From Phycisphaerales bacterium UBA2396 (lineage in GTDB: Bacteria; Planctomycetota; Phycisphaerae; Phycisphaerales; UBA1924): DNA of 64,000 nucleotides. Location of the stretch: positions 4,718 through 68,717 of the forward strand of contig DDSG01000029.1 of NCBI GenBank assembly GCA_002343325.1, given 5' to 3'. Shown here one piece after another: positions 19,466 to 29,246 of this stretch (the stretch's first letter is position 1; each line of letters starts with the position of its first letter). Position numbers and translations under genes: made by a program. The notes beneath the pieces were generated by a model that searched no databases, had not been told where the DNA came from, and was given only the letters and a program-made list of their open reading frames with translations.

Positions 19466-20419
19466 TTACTTCACACCCTGTTCTGGAGAACCCGGGCCGG
19501 GCTGCGGCGGCGACTTTGGTGCCGCCGCTTCCTGTGGCTTGATGTCCGCCGGTTTATTCCTGCGCGGATCGACCGCGGCGATCGCCGCCGCGAATCGGTC
19601 CGCGATCTCACGCTCCAACCCGGCCTCTCTCGCCCGTTCAAGGGGCTTGGTCGCCAGCGCGAGGCGTCCCTCGCTCTGAAGCAGAACGACCACGGCGAGC
19701 CACGCCGACGCCGACTTGGTCCGGTTCGCGTGCTTGGTCGCCTCGACGACCATGTCGCGGATCCGGCCGGCGTCCTGACCGGTTGAAGATCCCTCGAACG
19801 GGCGATCGACCAAGGTCGGGTCCTTCCGGTAGATCTCCCGCCACAGGGCGACGGCGTCGTCGAGCTGCTTGGATTCGAGCAGGGCCGCCCCGTACTGGCG
19901 GGTGGCGTCGAGATCGCTCGGATTCTCCTTCAGGTGGATCCGAAACTGGGTACGTGCCTCGTCGAAGTTCCTCTGACGAACCGCGGTCCGGGCTTGCTCG
20001 ATCGGGGGAGGTGGAGGGGGCGGGGGTTGCTTGTCCAGTTCCTCGCGGATCTGCTTCATGACGGCGGCGTTCATGCCGGGGACGAGGTTGGCGTCGGAGG
20101 TTCGCGGGATGAAGCCCGTGACCTGCGGGTATTGGCGGTTCCATTCGCGTTGGTAGTAGACGGGGTAGCCCCATCCGCCGGCCCAGCCGTTGTTGAGCCA
20201 GCCGGAGCCGTTGGACCAGATGGTGGTTTGGCCGGTGCAGGTGCTGCCCCAGTTGATGTTGTTGTTGAGGTTGAAGCCGAGGCTCCATTTGCGGCCGGTG
20301 TACGAGCCGCTGAGGTTGAAGCCAGAGTTGTTGTTCTTGGATTGTGCGAAGGCGGGAATCGCAGGGAGGAGCGACAGACCCGCGGCAAAGAGCAAGGGCA
20401 GGTAACCGCGCGTGTTCAT
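19466..20419 (-). CDS. secreted protein with an Asn/Gly/Trp-rich low-complexity region, a poly-Pro linker and a TPR-like helical C-terminus
   Basis: Signal peptide MNTRGYLPLLFAAGLSLLPAIPAFAQS. Then NNNSGFNLSGSY...GWLNNGWAGGWGYPVYY, PPPPPPPPP, then a helical repeat region. Start at the internal Met of the 428-aa ORF. Confidence 0.55.
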   Translation of the reverse strand: MNTRGYLPLLFAAGLSLLPAIPAFAQSKNNNSGFNLSGSYTGRKWSLGFNLNNNINWGSTCTGQTTIWSNGSGWLNNGWAGGWGYPVYYQREWNRQYPQVTGFIPRTSDANLVPGMNAAVMKQIREELDKQPPPPPPPPIEQARTAVRQRNFDEARTQFRIHLKENPSDLDATRQYGAALLESKQLDDAVALWREIYRKDPTLVDRPFEGSSTGQDAGRIRDMVVEATKHANRTKSASAWLAVVVLLQSEGRLALATKPLERAREAGLEREIADRFAAAIAAVDPRRNKPADIKPQEAAAPKSPPQPGPGSPEQGVK

Positions 20420-20526
20420 TGGGGAACTCCGATCTGGAAGGGGCCCAGTGCGATAGTACGAGCGAGCGGCGTGCGGGTTCCCGTGGGAATCGTGCTGGGG
20501 CGATCGGGTTCGGCTAGGGTTTCGGC

Positions 20527-21180
20527 ATGAGAACGAACGACAGCGGCGGAGCAGCGGGGTGGGGCGCGGGGCTGATGCTGATGTCGGTCGCGTGTGTGAT
20601 CGGGGGTTGCGGCGTGGTGTCGAGTGATCGGCTGGTGACCCGCTCGACGGGGACGAACACGGCGCTGATGCCGACGGTGCGGGCGGTGGTGTATCGGGCG
20701 ACGGACCGGAGCACGGCGGATATCTACCTGACGGACCTGCCGGCGAACGCACCGGAGGCCGATTGGACGACGCTCGAGGGGACGCTGGTGCATCTGCACG
20801 TGTTCATTCGGCCGCGGGCTGGGCGGACGCCGATCGCGGATTCGGCGTGCAGTTTCACGCTTCGGCAGTTCGTGCTGGCGGGCGGGCAGGTCGGGGTATA
20901 TGGCGGGGGAGGCTTCTTTCTGCCCAAGGAAGCGATCGGCTCGGAGGAGATGCGGGTGGAGTTCAACGGCGCGACGCTGAGGCTGAATGCAGCGACGGCG
21001 GGGTTTCAGGATCTGCTGGGCCCGAGCACGATGGACGCGTCGTGGACAGCGACGCGGGACGACGCCGCGGCGGCGGGTTGGGCGCGTCTGGCGGGACGGC
21101 TGATGGAGGAAGCTGCTCGCGGGGGCGGGGCGAGCGTGGGCCCGGCGGCGGGGTCAGACGCCGGCGGCGGGGGGCGCTGA
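20527..21180 (+). CDS. hypothetical lipoprotein
   Basis: Lipobox LMLMSVACVIGGC near the N-terminus. No recognised domain. The 3' end overlaps the convergent phoU by ~27 bp. Confidence 0.5.
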   Translation: MRTNDSGGAAGWGAGLMLMSVACVIGGCGVVSSDRLVTRSTGTNTALMPTVRAVVYRATDRSTADIYLTDLPANAPEADWTTLEGTLVHLHVFIRPRAGRTPIADSACSFTLRQFVLAGGQVGVYGGGGFFLPKEAIGSEEMRVEFNGATLRLNAATAGFQDLLGPSTMDASWTATRDDAAAAGWARLAGRLMEEAARGGGASVGPAAGSDAGGGGR

Positions 21181-21894
21181 CTTGTCGCGGTGGCGGACGA
21201 TTTTGCCGGTCACGAGGTAGATGAGGTCCTCGGCGATGTTCTTCATGAGATCGCCGACGCGTTCGAGTTCGCGTCCGACACGCGCGATGTGGAGCCCGAT
21301 GGCGAGGGCGGCGTCGGTCTTGCCCTCGGCCTTCATCATCTCGATGACTTCCTCGAAAAGGCGCCGGTCGAGCTGATCGATGGTTTCGTCGGCCTCAACG
21401 AGCCGGCTGGCGGCCTGGGCGTCCTCGTCGAGCACGGCGCGGAGCAGCTCGTGGCACTGCATGGGCAATCGCTGGCCGAGATCGCGCAACGCGGTGGGCC
21501 ACTGGGGCACCACGCCCGGGGGGAGCTTTTTGGCGATGCGGTTGGCGATCTTGGCGATCCCGGTGGCGTGATCGGCGACGCGCTCGATGTCGGCGTTGAC
21601 CTTGAGGACGAAAGTGATGGTGCGGAAGTCGCGTGCGAAGGCGTGCTGGAGGGCGAGGATCTCGAAGCCCTCCTGCTCGATGGCGACCTCCTCGCGGTCG
21701 ACCTGGTCGTCCTCCTGGCGGACGAGCTTGGCGCCGGCGGTGTCGAGAGTCCAGAGGGCGTCGAGCGCGGACTCGAGCATGCCGATGGCGAGCGTGGCCT
21801 CGCGCACAAGGCGACGCTTGAGCAGGATGATGCGGCGTTCGAAGACGTGCGAGCCGGGTTCGTTGGGTTCGTTGCCTTGTTGGAATGTGCTCAT
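21154..21894 (-). CDS. phoU: phosphate signalling complex protein PhoU
   Basis: Two PhoU-repeat helical bundles (ADHATGIAKIANRIAKK, RVGDLMKNIAEDLIYLVTG). Start at internal MSTFQQ. Confidence 0.85.
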   Translation of the reverse strand: MSTFQQGNEPNEPGSHVFERRIILLKRRLVREATLAIGMLESALDALWTLDTAGAKLVRQEDDQVDREEVAIEQEGFEILALQHAFARDFRTITFVLKVNADIERVADHATGIAKIANRIAKKLPPGVVPQWPTALRDLGQRLPMQCHELLRAVLDEDAQAASRLVEADETIDQLDRRLFEEVIEMMKAEGKTDAALAIGLHIARVGRELERVGDLMKNIAEDLIYLVTGKIVRHRDKSAPPAAGV

Positions 21895-21928
21895 CGTGCC
21901 GATCGGCTCCTCGGGAGGGTGCACAACA

Positions 21929-22900
21929 CTACGCGGTTGCGGGGCCCGGAGTGGAACCGGCGGTGAGCGCATCGCGGGCGGCGGCGTAGCGGCGGCGGGT
22001 CCCCTCGACGACTTCGGGCGGGAGCAGCGGGCCCGGGGACTGCTTGTTCCAGGACCCGGCATCGACGAGGGTTTCAAGATGTTCGCGGAGGAACTGCTTG
22101 TCGTAGCTGGCCTGCGGGCCGCCGGGGCGATAGGTCTCCCTGGGCCAGAACCGCGAGCTGTCGGGGGTCAGCGCCTCGTCGATGAGGATGGGGGTTTGTG
22201 AACCCTCGACGAGCCCGAACTCGAACTTCGTGTCGGCGATGATGATGCCGCGTGATTCGGCGTGGGCGGCGGCGGCCTGATAGATGGCGAGGCTGAGGCG
22301 ACGAAGTTCTTCCATCAGGGGCAAGCCCACGAGCGAGGCGGCCCGATCGAAGGTGATGTTCTCATCGTGCTTTCCGGCGTCTTCCTTGGTGGCGGGGGTG
22401 AAGATGGGTTCGGGGAGTTTGTCGCACTGGCGGAGCCCCGGGGGGAGCGACACGCCGCACACAGCCCCGGTGGCACGGTATTCCTTCCAGCCGGAGCCTT
22501 CGAGGTAGCCGCGAACGACGCACTCGATGGGGATGACGCGGCAGCGACGGCCGATCATGATGCGGCCGGCGAGTTGCTCGCGGGTGGTGCCTCCTGACTT
22601 GAAGGCGTGGGCGGGGACTTCGGCGGGATCGGTGGAGAGGAGGTGGGTTTGGCAGATCCCGCGGCGTTCGACGAAGCGCAGCCAGAAGACGGCCATATCG
22701 GTCAGCAGAGCACCCTTGCCGACGATGGGGGTGGGCATGACCACGTCGAAGGCGCTGATGCGGTCGGAGGCGACGATGAGGAGGCGTGAGCCGCCGTTGG
22801 CGTCGGGCAGTTCATAGACGTCCCGGACCTTGCCACGGCGGACAAGCGGGAGATCGAGATCGGTGGAAAGGACGGGGGGTGGGGAGTGCTGGGCGGGCAT
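21929..22900 (-). CDS. purC: phosphoribosylaminoimidazole-succinocarboxamide synthase (SAICAR synthetase)
   Basis: LVRRGKVRDVYEL...LLIVASDRISAFDVVM...IIADTKFEFG...YDKQFLREHLE is the long-form PurC signature. Start at internal MPAQHS. Confidence 0.9.
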   Translation of the reverse strand: MPAQHSPPPVLSTDLDLPLVRRGKVRDVYELPDANGGSRLLIVASDRISAFDVVMPTPIVGKGALLTDMAVFWLRFVERRGICQTHLLSTDPAEVPAHAFKSGGTTREQLAGRIMIGRRCRVIPIECVVRGYLEGSGWKEYRATGAVCGVSLPPGLRQCDKLPEPIFTPATKEDAGKHDENITFDRAASLVGLPLMEELRRLSLAIYQAAAAHAESRGIIIADTKFEFGLVEGSQTPILIDEALTPDSSRFWPRETYRPGGPQASYDKQFLREHLETLVDAGSWNKQSPGPLLPPEVVEGTRRRYAAARDALTAGSTPGPATA

Positions 22901-23009
22901 GCCGCAGGGTAGCGGCACCCCCTGCGTGCGGGGAAATGTCCGGGGCAACTTGCGTCGGGGCGTCAGGTGGGGACAATAGAAGCCCGACCCGGAGCGTTGC
23001 CGACCGCCT

Positions 23010-24692
23010 ATGCCGACCTTCATTGTTCTTGACCGGACAGGACAACCCGCGACCGCGGAAGCGGTCGGGTCGATGCACGCGTTCGGGCCGGATGATCTGC
23101 CGGTGCAGTCGGAGATCACGTTCGAGCGTGGGGTGATCGGGGTGAAGCGGTCGGTGCCGGACTCGACGGGGCTGTGCGTTCAGGTGGAGGTGCCCAGCCC
23201 GAGCGGGTCGGGCTCGCTGGGGCGGCTGACGTTGCAGACGGCACTTTTGCCGAATCGGGACGAACCTTACCTGCTCTCGCTGGAGTTGGCGCGTCGGCAG
23301 ATCATGCTGTTCCTCAACAAGCTGGAGGAATGGGGGCTGTTCGACTTTGGGCCGGCGGAGATGGTGCTCAGGCAGTTCGAGGCCGCGCGTCAGCGGTTCA
23401 CGGCGTCGCTGGTGGCGGCGCACCGGGCGCCCACGGCGGAGCTGGACCCTCGGGCCGAGGCGGATCGGCTGGCGTGGGAGGCGTTGTCGCTCGCGGTGGA
23501 CGCGGGCGAGCGGCTGGCCTTGCTCGACGCGGAGAAGCAGTTCCCGGGTCGGCTGACGGGGCAGGGGTATGCCGAGGCGGTCCGGACGTACACGAAGCTG
23601 ACGGCGGAGACGCCCGCGCAGGGCGCGGCGATTGCGCTCTCGAGCCACACCGGGGTGGTGCTGCCCGGGCTGGCATCGATGGGGATCTGCGTCGAGCCGA
23701 CGCAGTTCGCCGAGCCTTTGCACAAGGCGGTGGCGGCGGCGGCAGACTTTGTCGCGGTGCCCATGCGCTGGTCGGAGATGGAGCCGGGCGAGGGCAAGTA
23801 CGCCTTTGGCAACACGGACCGGTGGATCGAGTGGGCGATCCGCAGCGCGAAGCTGCCCGTCGTGGCGGGGCCTCTGCTTGATTTCCGGGCGGCGTGCCTG
23901 CCCGAGTGGCTTTTCATCTGGGAGAACGACTACGAGACGCTGCGCGACCTGGTGGTCGAGCACCTGCAGCAGGTGGTGACGCGGTATCGCCGGACGGTCT
24001 CGCGGTGGACGGTGGCCTCGGGGCTGCACGTCAACAGCGACTTCAACCTGTCGGTGGATCAGATCATCGACCTGACGCGGGTGGCGACGGCGGTGGTGCG
24101 GAAGCTGCACCCGCAGGGGCGGATTCAGCTCGCAATCGACGAACCTTGGGGCGAGTATCACGCCGCGCGGAAGCGGTCGATCCCGCCGCTGCTGTACGCG
24201 GACGCGTTGATGCAGGTGGGCGTGAACGTTGACGCACTGGGCGTCCGGGTGGCGATGGGGCAGGGCGCCTCGGGGCGGACCACGCGCGACCTGATGAGCC
24301 TGTCGTCGATGCTGGACCGGTACGCCCAGTTCAATCGCCCGCTGGCGATCACGGCGGTGGGCGTCCCGAGCACGGCGAGCTCGGCCGAGCCGGACGCCGA
24401 GAGTGATCGGCCGGTGCACGGTGGGAGCTGGCGTGCGGGGTGGAGCGAGGCGGGCCAGGCGGACTGGACGAGCCAGGCGCTGGGGATCATGCTGGCCAAG
24501 CCTTATGTGCAGTCGGTGTGCTGGCAGCAATTGGCGGATCCGGCGGGGTCGGGGTACGCGGAGATGCCCGGGGGCGGGCTGGTGAACGCGGGCGGGCAGC
24601 CCAAGCCCGTGCTGGAGCGTTGGATGCAGGCTCGAGCCGCGATGCGGGCCGGGCGTGCGCCGGCGGGCATTCCGAACTTTGGCGCGTTCTAG
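23010..24692 (+). CDS. cytoplasmic GH10-like (xylanase-like TIM-barrel) domain protein, possibly non-catalytic
   Basis: AVPMRWSEMEPGEGKYAFGNTDRWIEWA resembles the GH10 WNEM-x-EPG-x-F-F block. No signal peptide. The usual ITELD nucleophile block is not evident (RPLAITAVGV). Confidence 0.5.
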   Translation: MPTFIVLDRTGQPATAEAVGSMHAFGPDDLPVQSEITFERGVIGVKRSVPDSTGLCVQVEVPSPSGSGSLGRLTLQTALLPNRDEPYLLSLELARRQIMLFLNKLEEWGLFDFGPAEMVLRQFEAARQRFTASLVAAHRAPTAELDPRAEADRLAWEALSLAVDAGERLALLDAEKQFPGRLTGQGYAEAVRTYTKLTAETPAQGAAIALSSHTGVVLPGLASMGICVEPTQFAEPLHKAVAAAADFVAVPMRWSEMEPGEGKYAFGNTDRWIEWAIRSAKLPVVAGPLLDFRAACLPEWLFIWENDYETLRDLVVEHLQQVVTRYRRTVSRWTVASGLHVNSDFNLSVDQIIDLTRVATAVVRKLHPQGRIQLAIDEPWGEYHAARKRSIPPLLYADALMQVGVNVDALGVRVAMGQGASGRTTRDLMSLSSMLDRYAQFNRPLAITAVGVPSTASSAEPDAESDRPVHGGSWRAGWSEAGQADWTSQALGIMLAKPYVQSVCWQQLADPAGSGYAEMPGGGLVNAGGQPKPVLERWMQARAAMRAGRAPAGIPNFGAF

Positions 24693-24715
24693 GTCGTGCG
24701 GTACACTGAGCGGCC

Positions 24716-25201
24716 GTGACGCAGACCACTTCAACCGAGCCCTTGTCACTCGCCAAGCCCGCGACGCGCGGCAGCGAAGCGACGTCGTGGACGCACGGGC
24801 CCGCGCGATGGTTGGCGGCGGGCTTTCTGCTCGGATCCTCGTCGGTCGGACTGGTGTGGTCGCTCTCGAGCGGACGCGTCGCGCCACCCGCGTTGGAAGT
24901 GGCCGAGGAGATGGATCCGGGTGCCGGATCCGTCGCCGGGCCCGAGGCCGCCCGGAGCGACCAAAGCAAGAGCACACGCGAGGACGCGGGCGCGGCGGGC
25001 GGAGGGTTGATCGATCTGAACGCGGCGGGCGTGGCGGAGCTCGACCTGTTGCCGGGCGTGGGCGAGGCGACCGCGCGGGCGATCATCGAGCATCGCACGA
25101 AGCACGGGCGGTTCCGGAGCATCGAGGAACTCGATCGGGTTCCCGGGATCGGCCCGGCGAAACTCGCGCGGATCAGGCCTTTGGTCACCGTCGGGCCGTA
25201 A
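24716..25201 (+). CDS. comEA: ComEA-like helix-hairpin-helix DNA-binding protein
   Basis: TM anchor, then C-terminal IDLNAAGVAELDLLPGVGEATARAIIEHRTKHGRFRSIEELDRVPGIGPAKLARI (tandem HhH). Confidence 0.8.
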   Translation: MTQTTSTEPLSLAKPATRGSEATSWTHGPARWLAAGFLLGSSSVGLVWSLSSGRVAPPALEVAEEMDPGAGSVAGPEAARSDQSKSTREDAGAAGGGLIDLNAAGVAELDLLPGVGEATARAIIEHRTKHGRFRSIEELDRVPGIGPAKLARIRPLVTVGP

Positions 25202-25209
25202 AGGCGACG

Positions 25210-25755
25210 TTACCTCCTTCGCGTCAGGACGAACGCTGGATCGTGGGCTGCGTCGGACTTGCCCTCGCGGTTGAGGTGCTTCCAGAAGTAGGTGACCTCG
25301 TTATCGTTCTTGAACTCAACGACGACGCTGCCCATGTAGCCCTCGTGCGTGGGGAGGAAGTTGGTGATGCTGTCGGGCCCGAATTCGACGCGGTTGCCCT
25401 GAGCGCTGGTTGCGCGCATGCGCGGCTGGTTGCCGATGGCGCAGTAGTGGGTCATGACCAGGCTTTGCCCGTCCATGTGGTACATGTTCGTCATTTCGTG
25501 GGGCGTTCCGGGGAACATGACCTCGCGGACGGCAAACCCGGCGGACGTCACCTTGAAGACGGCGGCGAGCTGAGGGACGCCCTTCTCGTCGGGCATGGTC
25601 CACTCGCCTTCGAGTGCTTTGAAGCGGTCGAGCAATTGGGCCTGCTGTTCCGGGGTCGCGGGTTGGACGGGCTTGGGTCCTGCGCCCGAGCAGCCGGCGA
25701 GCCATGCTGTTGCGGTGATCGTGATGAGCAGTAGGACCGTTCGTTCGGACATCAT
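25210..25755 (-). CDS. hypothetical lipoprotein
   Basis: Signal peptide and lipobox LLLITITATAWLAGCS. Beta-rich body (HYCAIGNQPRMRA) of unknown family. Confidence 0.55.
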   Translation of the reverse strand: MMSERTVLLLITITATAWLAGCSGAGPKPVQPATPEQQAQLLDRFKALEGEWTMPDEKGVPQLAAVFKVTSAGFAVREVMFPGTPHEMTNMYHMDGQSLVMTHYCAIGNQPRMRATSAQGNRVEFGPDSITNFLPTHEGYMGSVVVEFKNDNEVTYFWKHLNREGKSDAAHDPAFVLTRRR

Positions 25756-25920
25756 GCTGCGTCTCCTGAGTGATGCGGGCAGGATACTGGACGCACGAGG
25801 GCGGCATGGGCGATATCGTGGGGAGGAACACTGGGACGACGGACCGGGCGGGCGTGCCGCGCGGCCGAGGATGTACGCGCGGGCCCGAGCTACCCCGGGC
25901 TTTCCCGGGCATCACGATCG

Positions 25921-28900
25921 ATGAAGACGCCGCTCGACATGCTGAGGGAGTTGCCGGGGGTGCGGGCCCTTGCACGCGCGGCCGGGGAGGGCATGCGGTC
26001 GGTCGCTCGCGGGTCGGCGGGCTCGGCGACACACCTGATCGCCGGGGCGATGGCTCGTGAGACGGGACGGCCGGTGCTGCTGGTGGTGGCCCACCTCGAC
26101 GAGGCCGACGAGGCGGTGGACGAACTTCTTTCGGCGGGGATCGGGGCCCAAAGGCTGCCCGCGCTCGAAGGTCTTCCCGGCGAGTCGGCGGGCGCGTTGG
26201 ACCTGTTCGCCGAGCGGCTGGTGTGCGTGCGCACGGCAACCCAGGGCCCGATGCCGGAGGTTCTGGTCACGCCCGTGCAGGCGTTGATGCAGGCGGTGCC
26301 CACGCCCACGTCGGTGCCGACGCTCTCGCGAACACTCGCGGCCGGGCGAGATGCCCCGATGTCGGACCTGGTGCGGTGGCTGGAGCACGCGGGGTATCAG
26401 CGGCGGGAGGTGATCGAAGAGATCGGGGAGTTCGCCGTTCGGGGCGGGATCCTGGACATCTTCCCCCCCACCGGCGGCGCGGGGGGCAAGGGCGTCCCGG
26501 TGCGCCTCGACTTCTTCGGGGACACACTCGAGAAGATCACCGAGATCGATCTGGACACGATGGGATCGGACCGATCGCTGCCGTCGATCGACCTGGTCGC
26601 GGCGGATCCAAGGGCGGTGCAGAGCGAGGCGGGCGTTCTGTTCCCGAGCCTGCTGCCCAAGGGTGTGGTGGTCGTTCTGAGTGAGCTGGCCGAGATCGTC
26701 GAGCAGGCGCGGGGGTACTTCGAACGGGCGACCGACGATCGCGGGCTGTTCGGCCCGCCCGCGGTGCTGGCATCGCTTCAGAAGCACGCTCACGCGCTGG
26801 TGGAGATCAACCGGTTCTCGGCCGGGTCGGCCCAGGCGGACGCGCTGGTCGAGCTTCCCGCGAGGCCTGTGCAGCCTTTCAGCAAGGAACTTGCCGAGGC
26901 GATTCAAGAGCTGGTTTCGCTCGGGCAGGACGGGCGGGTCGTCGTCTGTTGTCAGAACGAGGGAGAGCACCAGCGATTCGGCGAGTTGCTGGCGCAGCAC
27001 GCGACGGAGCCGACCGTCCGCCCGGAGGCGCTCATCGCCTACGTGCACGAAGGGTTCGGCTGGGGGATCGAGAACGATCGGACGCTGTGGATCATCCCGT
27101 ATCACGAGCTGCTGAACCGGTTCACGGTTCGGCGTCGTGGGGGGAGGATCTCCGCGGGGCGGGCGATGGACACGTTCCTCGATCTGTCGATCGGGGATCA
27201 CGTGGTGCACGCCGACCACGGGATCGCGCTGCTGAGCGGGCTGGCGCTGATGAAGCCGCGCGACCTTCCCTCGACGGGCGGCAAGCCAAGGAAGGAACAG
27301 GACGAGCAGGAGTACCTGGTTCTTGAGTTCGCCGGCAAGAGCAAGCTCTATGTGCCCGCGACGCAGATCGATCTGATCCAGAAGTACGTCGGCGGATTCC
27401 ACGGCAAACCCCCACTGTCGACTCTTGGAGGAACGCGGTGGCAATCGCAGAAGGACCGGGTCGGGGAATCCGTGCGCGATCTGGCGGGCGAACTTCTGCG
27501 CGTGCGGGCGACGCGCGAGCACATGCCCGGCGTCGCGTACCCGCCCGACACGCCGTGGCAGGCGGAGTTCGAGGAGGAGTTTCCCTACGAGGAGACGGAG
27601 GACCAGCTCGCCGCGCTCGCCGCGATCAAGGCCGACATGGGCAAGAGCAAGCCCATGGATCGGCTTGTCTGCGGCGACGTTGGATTCGGGAAGACGGAAG
27701 TGGCGATCCGGGCGGCGTTCAAGGCGGCGGAGTTCGGCAAGCAGGTCGCCGTGCTCGTGCCGACCACGGTGCTCGCCGAGCAGCACGAGCGGACGTTCCG
27801 CTCTCGCTTCGCGGGGTACCCCTTCCGCGTCGAATCGCTCTCGCGGTTCAAGGAGCCCAGAGAGGTCCGCGAGATCGTGGAGGCGACGCGGAAAGGGCAG
27901 GTCGACGTGCTCATCGGGACGCACCGGGTGCTCTCCGAGGACGTGCGTTTCAGCGACCTGGGGCTCGTGATCGTGGACGAGGAGCAGCGGTTCGGGGTCG
28001 AGCACAAGGAGCGGCTGCTCCGCCTGAGGCTGACCGCGGACGTGCTGACGCTTTCCGCGACGCCCATCCCCCGCACGCTGCACATGGCGCTATTGGGGAT
28101 CCGCGACATCAGCAACCTCACGACGGCACCGGTCGATCGACGCGCGATCGTGACGGAGGTGCTGCCTTACAACGAGCGGCGGATCCAGCAGGCGATCCGC
28201 CGAGAACTCGCGCGCGAGGGGCAGGTCTTCTTCGTCCACAACCGGGTCCACAACATCCGAGAGGTCGCCGACAAAGTGCGCTCGCTCGCGCCCGAGGCCC
28301 GGGTGGTCTTCGGGCACGGGCAGATGGACGGCGTAGAACTCGAGAAGGTCATGCTGAGCTTCATCCGCGGCGAGGCGGACATTCTCGTCTCGACAACGAT
28401 CATCGAGAGCGGGATCGACATCCCCAGCGCCAACACAATGATCATCGCGGACGCGGACCGGTTCGGGCTCGCGGAGCTTCACCAGTTGCGAGGGCGGGTT
28501 GGGCGTTCGAAGCACCGGGCGTACTGCTACCTGCTTCTGCCCGAGGACCGCCCACTGACCGAGCCGGCGAAGAAGCGGCTGCAGGCGATCGAGCAGTACT
28601 CGATGCTGGGCGCGGGGTTCAAGATCGCGATGCGCGACCTGGAGATCCGCGGCGCGGGGAACATCCTGGGGCCCGAGCAGAGCGGGCACATCGCGGCGGT
28701 CGGGTACGAGATGTACTGCCAGTTGCTCGATGCCGCCGTGCGAGACCTGCGCAACGAGGCGCCGCCGACCGTCGCCAGCCGGACGAGCATCGAAATCGGC
28801 ATCTCCGGCACGATCCCCAAGGCGTACATCCCCAGCGACCAGCGACGCCTTGAGGCCTACCGGCGCCTGGCGACAGCCATGTCGAAGGAAGCGCTCGACA

Positions 28901-29235
28901 AGGTCCGCAGCGATCTCGCCGATGCGTACGGCGACCCGCCCAAGCCCACCGTTCGGCTCTTCCTGCTCGCGGAACTGCGGGCGGCGTGCGCGCAGCTCGC
29001 GGTCAAGTCCGTCAGCATCCGCGACAAGGACGTGGTCTTCCTGACGACCAACGCCAAACCCCTGGCCGAGAAGCTCGCGGCGGTGCCGTCGGGGCAATCC
29101 AAGGCGATCGAGGCCCGCGTCTCGATCCTGCCGAGCCAGACCTCCGACAAGGTCGCCGAGGTCTATTTTCGCCCGCCCGAGAAGTACCTTGAGCCCGAGA
29201 CGCTGCTGGGCGTGCTGCGCAAGCGGCTGCTCTAA
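25921..29235 (+). CDS. mfd: transcription-repair coupling factor
   Basis: 1104 aa. UvrB-homology N-terminus, RNAP-interacting domain, superfamily-2 helicase motifs (GDVGFGKTEVAIRAAF, DEEQRFGV) and the TRCF C-terminal domain. Confidence 0.95.
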   Translation: MKTPLDMLRELPGVRALARAAGEGMRSVARGSAGSATHLIAGAMARETGRPVLLVVAHLDEADEAVDELLSAGIGAQRLPALEGLPGESAGALDLFAERLVCVRTATQGPMPEVLVTPVQALMQAVPTPTSVPTLSRTLAAGRDAPMSDLVRWLEHAGYQRREVIEEIGEFAVRGGILDIFPPTGGAGGKGVPVRLDFFGDTLEKITEIDLDTMGSDRSLPSIDLVAADPRAVQSEAGVLFPSLLPKGVVVVLSELAEIVEQARGYFERATDDRGLFGPPAVLASLQKHAHALVEINRFSAGSAQADALVELPARPVQPFSKELAEAIQELVSLGQDGRVVVCCQNEGEHQRFGELLAQHATEPTVRPEALIAYVHEGFGWGIENDRTLWIIPYHELLNRFTVRRRGGRISAGRAMDTFLDLSIGDHVVHADHGIALLSGLALMKPRDLPSTGGKPRKEQDEQEYLVLEFAGKSKLYVPATQIDLIQKYVGGFHGKPPLSTLGGTRWQSQKDRVGESVRDLAGELLRVRATREHMPGVAYPPDTPWQAEFEEEFPYEETEDQLAALAAIKADMGKSKPMDRLVCGDVGFGKTEVAIRAAFKAAEFGKQVAVLVPTTVLAEQHERTFRSRFAGYPFRVESLSRFKEPREVREIVEATRKGQVDVLIGTHRVLSEDVRFSDLGLVIVDEEQRFGVEHKERLLRLRLTADVLTLSATPIPRTLHMALLGIRDISNLTTAPVDRRAIVTEVLPYNERRIQQAIRRELAREGQVFFVHNRVHNIREVADKVRSLAPEARVVFGHGQMDGVELEKVMLSFIRGEADILVSTTIIESGIDIPSANTMIIADADRFGLAELHQLRGRVGRSKHRAYCYLLLPEDRPLTEPAKKRLQAIEQYSMLGAGFKIAMRDLEIRGAGNILGPEQSGHIAAVGYEMYCQLLDAAVRDLRNEAPPTVASRTSIEIGISGTIPKAYIPSDQRRLEAYRRLATAMSKEALDKVRSDLADAYGDPPKPTVRLFLLAELRAACAQLAVKSVSIRDKDVVFLTTNAKPLAEKLAAVPSGQSKAIEARVSILPSQTSDKVAEVYFRPPEKYLEPETLLGVLRKRLL

Positions 29236-29246
29236 GGTCGCGAGGA

